NCBI RefSeq assembly: GCF_009914755.1
Contig: NC_060940.1
Length of the DNA: 64,000 bases
DNA from: the human T2T-CHM13v2.0 reference genome, Homo sapiens
Reading direction: 5' to 3' (one strand)
Below the pieces are notes generated by a model, which saw only the letters and a program-made list of their open reading frames with translations, did not search any database and had not been told where the DNA came from. Below, piece after piece: positions 56,810-64,000 of the stretch (position 1 is the stretch's first letter; each line of letters begins with the position of its first letter). Made by a program: the position numbers and the translations under genes.

Positions 56810-59800
56810 GGGACTGAATTTACCTTTCCATCTGAAAAACTAAAAAAAAGTAGGATAGAATGAGTCAAATGGTTTTTAAAACATTGAACATCAGACAGCA
56901 AAGAAGAATCTCTAGTGATGGGAAAGAAATGAGCCAGGCAATTGCCCTATCTTATTATATCAAGACAGTTTCCAGTGTTAGCAGGGGCAGAATTCAGGGA
57001 GAGTGGTCTCAAACTCCTTGCTGTCTCCCAGAAGAGTTGAGGAGAGGGAGCTAAGAGTCCATAAAGACCAAGATGGATAGGTGTGGATATGTGCTATGGC
57101 TTGAATGGGTCTTCCAGAATTCACATGTTGAAAACTTGGTCCCCTTGTGTGGCAGTGTTGAGAGATGGAGACTCTGAGAGGTGATTAGGTAATTAAGAAA
57201 GATTAATACCACTCTCACTGGACTAGGTTAATTCTTGTGAAAGTGAGTACTTGCTCTCATCACCTGGTTTAATTACCACAAGAGTGAACTATTACAAAAG
57301 GAGGTCACCCTTTGTGTTTTGCTCTGTTTTGCACACATTCACCTGCCCTTCAGCTTTCCTACCATGTTTTGATGCGGTACAAAAGTCCTCATCAGAAAAT
57401 GCCACCAGGACCTTGAACTTCGCAGCCTTCAGAACCATGAGCCAAATAAACTTCTTTTCTTTATAAATTACTCAGTCTGTGTCATTCTGTTATAGTAAGA
57501 GAAAATAGATTAAGGCAATAGATTTCACAGGACAAGTTACAGAAATAGGACAGCTATGAAGTGAGAATTCTGATGTTCTTTTTGCAGCAAGACAGTATTT
57601 ATCTGTGCATGTGTGAGGAAGGAATAACCTAAAAAGATTAGAGAAAATGTTACTGAGGGCTCACACAGCATCAAGAAGAGTACTTATTTTCACCAGCCAA
57701 AATGGAAAATCTCATAATTCATGAGGCATTAGGTCAAATTATCTACAGGTACTTCCCTTAATAGTGGGAGAGTAACTAGCCCTATCTTCACCACTGATCT
57801 GTTTCCACCTAACAAAACTTCAAAACAAAACTAACAAAAGAAAAATCATGATCTCAAACAAATCAAACTGTTTGCTGTACTAAAATGTATCCCAGAACAA
57901 AAACTCACGAATATTTATAGGAATGTAAATTATAGGCAATTATACATAAAAATTACAATATCTGACATCCCATAAAAAATAAACAGATATGTAAAGATGG
58001 AAAAATACGACTCACAGTAATGCAAAAATATCGACAAAAACTGATCCAGAAATGACGCAGGTATTATGATAAGCATGTATGAACAATGTAACGGTATTAT
58101 CATTTCAAAACTGTATATAGAGAATGGATAATATAAAAACAAAATTTCTAAGATTAAAATATTGTACTGGAGTATATTCTAGTAAAGCAAGTTTGGTTTA
58201 ACATTCAAAATACAACAAATGTAATTTATTATATTTACCCAATTAAAAAAATTTTATATGATTATCTCAATATAATGCCCCAAAATGTTTATCAAAACTC
58301 AACACCACTGCTTATCAAAACCCAACACCACTGCTGACAATGACTCTCAGAAAACTAGGAATAGAATGAAACTTCCTTCAAGCTGATAACAGTCATCTAA
58401 AACAAACTTACAGTTAATATACTTAGTGGTGAAAAGTTGAACTCTTTGTCTCTTAGGTTAGAAACAAGACATGACGCCTCTACCTACCACTTATTGTATT
58501 CAACATTGTTTTGAATGTTCTCTCCAGTGCAATAAAGCATAAATACATAAAAAACTAAAATTATGTTTTTCTGGTAGATTGCATCAGTGTTTGTATAGAA
58601 AATCTTATCAAATCTACCAAAAAAACCTTGCTACAAATAATAAGGGAATAGGTAAATATCACAGGATACAAGATCAATATTAAAAAGTCTATTTTTCTAT
58701 ATACTAGTAAAAACTATTAGAAAATAAAATTAGGAAACAATACTATGTAAAGTAGCATCAAAAATATGAAATATGGATAAATCTAACAAAAGTGTATACT
58801 AAAAACTAAAAGCACTTTTGAGAAAGAAACTAAAGAATAATTTAAATAAAGGTGGAGATGTTCTTTAGTCTGAAGAGTTGAGGTTGTGATGATACATTTT
58901 TTTGAAACTGATTAATAGTTTCAACATAAACAAAGTCCTTGCAGGCACTATTGGAGAGATTAAGAAGCTGACTTTAGCATTTATATGGAAGTGCAAATAA
59001 TTAAAGATGGCAAACAACTTTAAAAAATAAAAGAATAAATTTGGAGAACTACCACCACCCAATTTAAATATATATTAAAAAGCTAGAGTAATCAGGACAG
59101 TATGGTATTGCTATCATGATAGACAAACAGATCAATTAAATGGATTAAATAGTCCAGGAAATGATCCACACATATATGGAAAATTGATTTTGGAAGAGTT
59201 GCAAAGTCAATTTAATAGATTAAAAAAAAGTCTTTTCAACAAATAGTGTTAGAGTAATTGGATATCCATATGCCAAAAATTTCAACTTTGATCTGAATCT
59301 TACCAAATTTATTTACTCCTAAAACTATAAAACTTCCAGACAAAAATACAAGAGAAAATTTTTTGAAACCTTAGGTTAGTCAAAGATTTCTTGGACACAA
59401 TATCAAAAACATGCTCTGTATAAATAAAAAAATAAGTTGGACTTAAAGTTAAAAACTTATTTTCAAAAGACACTGCCATGCTCATTAAGATACAAGCTAT
59501 AGATTAGGGGAAATATTTTTAAATTATATACTCGATTATTTAGACTTTGTCTGGACCATCTAAAGACATTTCCAAACCAAATAACATAGAAAGCAAAACA
59601 AATGACCAGAAAATAAAAAACGGAAAACAGATTTGATCTGACATTTCACCATGGAAGACACAGGATGACACATAAGCACATAAAAAGATGTTCAACATCA
59701 TTACCCATGAAAGAAATGCAAATAAGAATCACAAAGAGACATTACTATACACCTATTAGAAATATTAAAATTGAAAAGATATTAACCATACCTGGTGTTA

Positions 59801-60060
59801 TATAGTATGTGGAGGAAGTAGAACTCTCATATACTATAAAGGGAATGAAAAATAATACAAAAATTTGGCAATTTCTTAGAAATTTGAACATGTATCTACC
59901 TTATCATATAACCATCCCATTGATTATTATTTATCTAAGGGAAATAAAAGTAAATGTCCCATACAAAAAAAATGTACATGAATGTTCATGGCAGCTTTAT
60001 TTGTAATAGCCCAAAACTAGAAGCAACTCAAATGTCCATTAATAGATGAATGGATTAAAA
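56810..60060 (+). mobile_element. Old L1M (MC/MD/ME-type), fragmented
   Basis: Decayed ORF2 motifs CAGAAAACTAGGAATAGAA, GATGTTCAACATCATTA, AAATGTCCATTAATAGATGAATGGAT. Confidence 0.8.
57092..57517 (+). mobile_element. MST/MLT1A-type MaLR solo LTR
   Basis: TGCTATGGCTTGAATG...AGAACCATGAGCCAAATAAAC...TAAGGCA. Confidence 0.85.
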
Positions 60061-60159
60061 TATTTAAAAACCTGAAATAGAGGTGTTACCTTTAAGAACT
60101 TATAAAGCTGCAGTAGTATAGTCATTATACTCTGTGTTAGAGCCTCAGAACTTCCTCAT

Positions 60160-61525
60160 TTTTTTAAACTTTTGTTTTAAGTTCAGGAATACATGTGCAG
60201 GTTTGGTATTCAGGTAAATTTCATGTTGCAGGGGTTTGGTATACAGGTTATTTATTCAACCAGGTAATAAGCATACACTGAAACAGGTAGTTTTTTGATC
60301 CTCACCCACCTCCCACACTCCAACCTCAACTAGGCCCTGGTATCTGTTGTTCTTTTCTTTGTGTGCCTATTAATTTAATGTTTACCTCCCACTTATAAGT
60401 GATAACATGCAGTATTTGGTTTTCTGTTCCTGCATTAGTTTGCTTAGAATAATGACCTCCAACTCCATCCATATTGCTGTAAAGAACATGATTTTATTTT
60501 TTATGGCTACATAGTATTTCATGGTATATATACCATATTTTCTTCCAGTTTACCATTGATGGACACAGGTTGATTCCATGACTTTGCTATTGTAAATAAT
60601 TATGTGATTAACATACATGTGCATGTGTCTTTATGACAGATGATTTATATTCCTTTGTGTGTATACCCAATAATGGCTAGATCAAATGCTATTTGTGTTT
60701 TAAGTTCTTTGAGAAATTGCCAAATTGCTTTCCACAATGGCTGAACTAATTTATATTCCCACTAACAGTGTATATGCATTCCTTTTTTTCACAAACTTTA
60801 ATAATAGCCATTGTGACTGGTGTGAGATGGTATCTCATTGTGGTTTGGATTTGCATTTCTCTAATTATTAGTGATGTTGGGCATTTTTTTGTATGCTTGT
60901 TGGCTGCATGTAAGTCTTCTTTTGAAAAGTGTCTGTTCATGTCCTTTGTTCACTTTTGAATGGGCTTATTTGTTTTTTGCTTGTAAATTTGTTTAAGTTC
61001 CTTACAGATTTTGGATATTAGGCCTTTGTCAGATTCATAGTATGCAAAAATTTTCTGCCATCCTGTAGGTTTGTTTACTCTGCTGACAGTTTCTTTGGCT
61101 GTGCAGAAGCTCTTTAATTATGTCCCATTTGTCAATTTTTGTTTTTGTTGCAACTGTTTTGGCTTCCTTCTTATGAAATTTTTGCCAGGTCTTATGTCCA
61201 GAATTGTAATACCTAGGTTATGTTTTACTTGTAGGTTTTTACAGTTTTTATAGTTGTAGGTTTTACATTTAAGTCTTTAATCCATCTTGAGTTGATTTTT
61301 GTGTGTGGTATAAGAAAGACTTTTGTATAAGGTGTAAAGAAAGTTTCAATCTTCTGCATATGGCTAAACAGTTATCCCTTCACCATTTATTGCTGTCTCC
61401 ATGCCCCTGTTTCCTTTGTTGAGTGTTCTAGTCCACAGGACTCACTCAGGCAGGGGCCACAGTTGGCAGACAAGCTGTATCCTTGCTGTGTTATTCCTAG
61501 TATGCTGTACATGTGCTTGCTGGGA
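60160..61525 (-). mobile_element. L1PA15/16-like insertion in an older L1M 3' UTR
   Basis: ORF 60746-60940 [25 protein letters not shown]; TSD AACTT(C/T)CTCAT at 60149-60159 and 61526-61536. Confidence 0.85.
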
Positions 61526-61589
61526 AACTTTCTCATCTTATAACAAAGTTTGTACTCTTTGACCAATATCTCCTCTTTCCCCTACCATC

Positions 61590-63890
61590 CCCTATATGTG
61601 CATTATATGTGTGAATTTATTTCTAGGCTCTCTGTTCCATTAGTCTATGTGTCCATTTATATGCCAGTACCATACTGTCTTGATTACTATATCTTCGTAA
61701 TGTAATTTAAAATCTGAAAGATGATTCCTTCAAATTTGTTTTTTTTTTTTACTTAATATTGCTTTTATTATTCAGGGTCTTTTGTGGTTCCTTATGATTT
61801 TTAAGATTTTTTAAAATTTCTGTGAAAAAAGTCATTAAATTTTTGATAGGGATTGAATTAAACCTGTGGATTGCTTTAGGTAGTATGGATATTTTTACAA
61901 TAATTCTTCCATTATATAAGAATAGGATTTTTTTCATGGATTTGTCTTCTTCAATTTATTTCATCAGTGTCTTATATTTTGGTGTATAGATCTTTCACAT
62001 AATTGTTTCAATTTATTCTTAAGTCCTTTATTGCTTTTGATGCTATTGTAGATGGGACATTTCTATAATTTATTTTTTCTCATAGTTTGTTGTCAGCATA
62101 GAGAAAGGATACTCATTTTTGAAAGTTAATTTCTTTCCTTATGACTTTGCTATAATTCATTTATTCAAAGAGCATGTCAATTTTACTTCTGCCTTTACAA
62201 TTTAGATAATAAGTAAGGAGATATTTTAATTATTTTTTCCTGATTAATTGCTCTGACTAGAACCTTCAATAATATGTTAAATAGAAGTAGTGAGAGGGGA
62301 CATCCTTTGGCTTTTCACCATTGAGTATGATGTTAGCTATGGATTTATCATATATGGTCTTTGTTATGTTGAGGTGCATTTCTTCTATACCTAATTTGTT
62401 GAGTGTTTTTATTATAAAAGGATCTTGAATATTGGCAAATGTTTCTGCACATATTGAGATGATCATATGATTTTTACCTTTATTAAATTAATGTGGTATA
62501 TTGTGTTTATTGATTTGCAAATGTTGTGCCATCCTTGCATTCTAGGGATAAATCCCATTTGATCATGGCAAATGATCCTTTAATGTGCTGTTGAATTTAA
62601 TTTGCTACCATTTTATTGAGAATATTTGTGTCTATGTTTAGAAGGAATATTAGCTATAATGTTCTTTTCTTACAGTGTCCTTATCTGACTTTGTCAACAG
62701 GGTAATACTGGCCTTGTAAAACAAATTTGAAAGTGTTCTCTCCTCTTCAATTTTTCGTAAGAATTTGAGAAAAATTTATATTATTTAAATGTTTGGTAGA
62801 ATTCAGCCATGGAAGACATCAGACTATATTCTTTGTTTGATGAGAGATTTTTGATTATCAATTCACTCTCCTTACTTATTATTGGTAATGATTTCTTCAT
62901 GATTAAGTCCTGGTATGTTGTATGTTGTTCAATAAGCTCCTTATGTTTCTTCATTCTTGTTGTTGTTGTTGTTGTTGTTGTTGCTCCCACTGGCTAATAT
63001 TAAATGACTTGTCTTTGAGTTCACTGTTTATTTTTTTCCTGATCCTATCTACTACTATTGAAGTTCTCTATTGTACTTTTTAGTTCATTCATTGTATTAT
63101 TCATCCCCAGTATTTCTGTTTGGTTCTCTTTCAGGGTTGCTATTTCTGTATCAAACTTCTTGTACTTGATGTATTATTTTTCTGATTTTGTTTATTTGTC
63201 TATTTGTGTTCTCTTGCATCTCACTGAGCCTTTTAAAGATAATTATTTTGAATTATTTGTCAGGTAATTCACAGATTTCCATTTCTTTAGGGTCAAATAC
63301 TGAGGCTTTAATAGCTTGCTTTGGTGATATCACGTTTATCAGGTTCTTCATGATGTGTGGCCTTACATCAGTGTCTGTACTTTTGAAGGAGCAAACATCT
63401 TTTAATCCTTAAAGACTGGTTTTGGAAGGTGAAGTTTTTTTTTTTTTCTCTCAGGTCCCAAGGCTAATGGGATTGCCTCTGCAATCTCTGACAAGAAGAG
63501 TTAAAGGCAGGTTACATGGCTGTCACTGAGTCTGCAGTGGGGTTCAGTGTTGGTGGGCCTGTTACCAGGGACTCGGGCAGCATGGATCTTTCTTGGTTCC
63601 TGGGAAGATGGGACTTCCTTCAGGATCTTAGCCAGTAAAGCTGGTGCTAGGACACAGATCTATTTTGTGGTCTACAGTTAGGTCTTCAGATGATGGGCCT
63701 GTTTCCTAGCACATACATGGATAACTCACACCTGGTCCATGACAGGATTCTCACCAAGTCATTTTGTGGGTCCTTAAGTGGGCAGGACAGGCCCTGCACC
63801 ATGGCTGAGAGTTGATGGAACTGAGTTGCAAGGCTGCTTCAGGATACACAGTGAACTAAGGTCTGCGGATCTGACTCTGGGGTATTAGGT
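61590..63890 (-). mobile_element. Old L1M ORF2 and 5' region, with (TTG)n at ~62957-62983
   Basis: ORF fragments [23 protein letters not shown] and [20 protein letters not shown]. Confidence 0.8.
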
Positions 63891-64000
63891 GGCTTTTGAT
63901 ATATTTCTCTTCATTGATTATTTTCAGCAATTTAATTCGCATGTAATGGCCAGACATGTTTGTGTATGTGTTTATTCTGTTTGACTTCATTGAGCTTTGT

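Overview
This is primate, most likely human, non-coding genomic DNA. It is AT-rich and dominated by transposable elements: about 20 Alus (J, S and Y types), L1PA/L1M fragments, L2, MIR, ERV1/ERVL/MaLR LTRs and Tigger-family MITEs (MER2, MER44). I find no credible protein-coding gene, tRNA, rRNA or CRISPR array. The supplied ORFs are explained by Alu, L1, LTR or microsatellite sequence, or by chance. I do not recognise the locus and cannot support a new gene system. The most interesting signals are structural. (1) Two solo LTRs are each interrupted by copies of nearby unique sequence: a multi-segment direct plus inverted templated insertion at 1413-1853, copied from 6251-7221, which preserves the empty pre-Alu site; and a ~175-bp copy at 42757-42930 taken from 43825-44029. 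(2) Several L1 integrations are atypical: a twin-priming inversion, insertions into Alu linkers with target loss, and an extra 5' segment inside the TSDs. (3) A repeat-free block at about 40.8-42.3 kb is rich in homeodomain motifs and looks like a developmental enhancer. Repeat subfamily names come from my recollection of consensus sequences and need RepeatMasker/Dfam confirmation.
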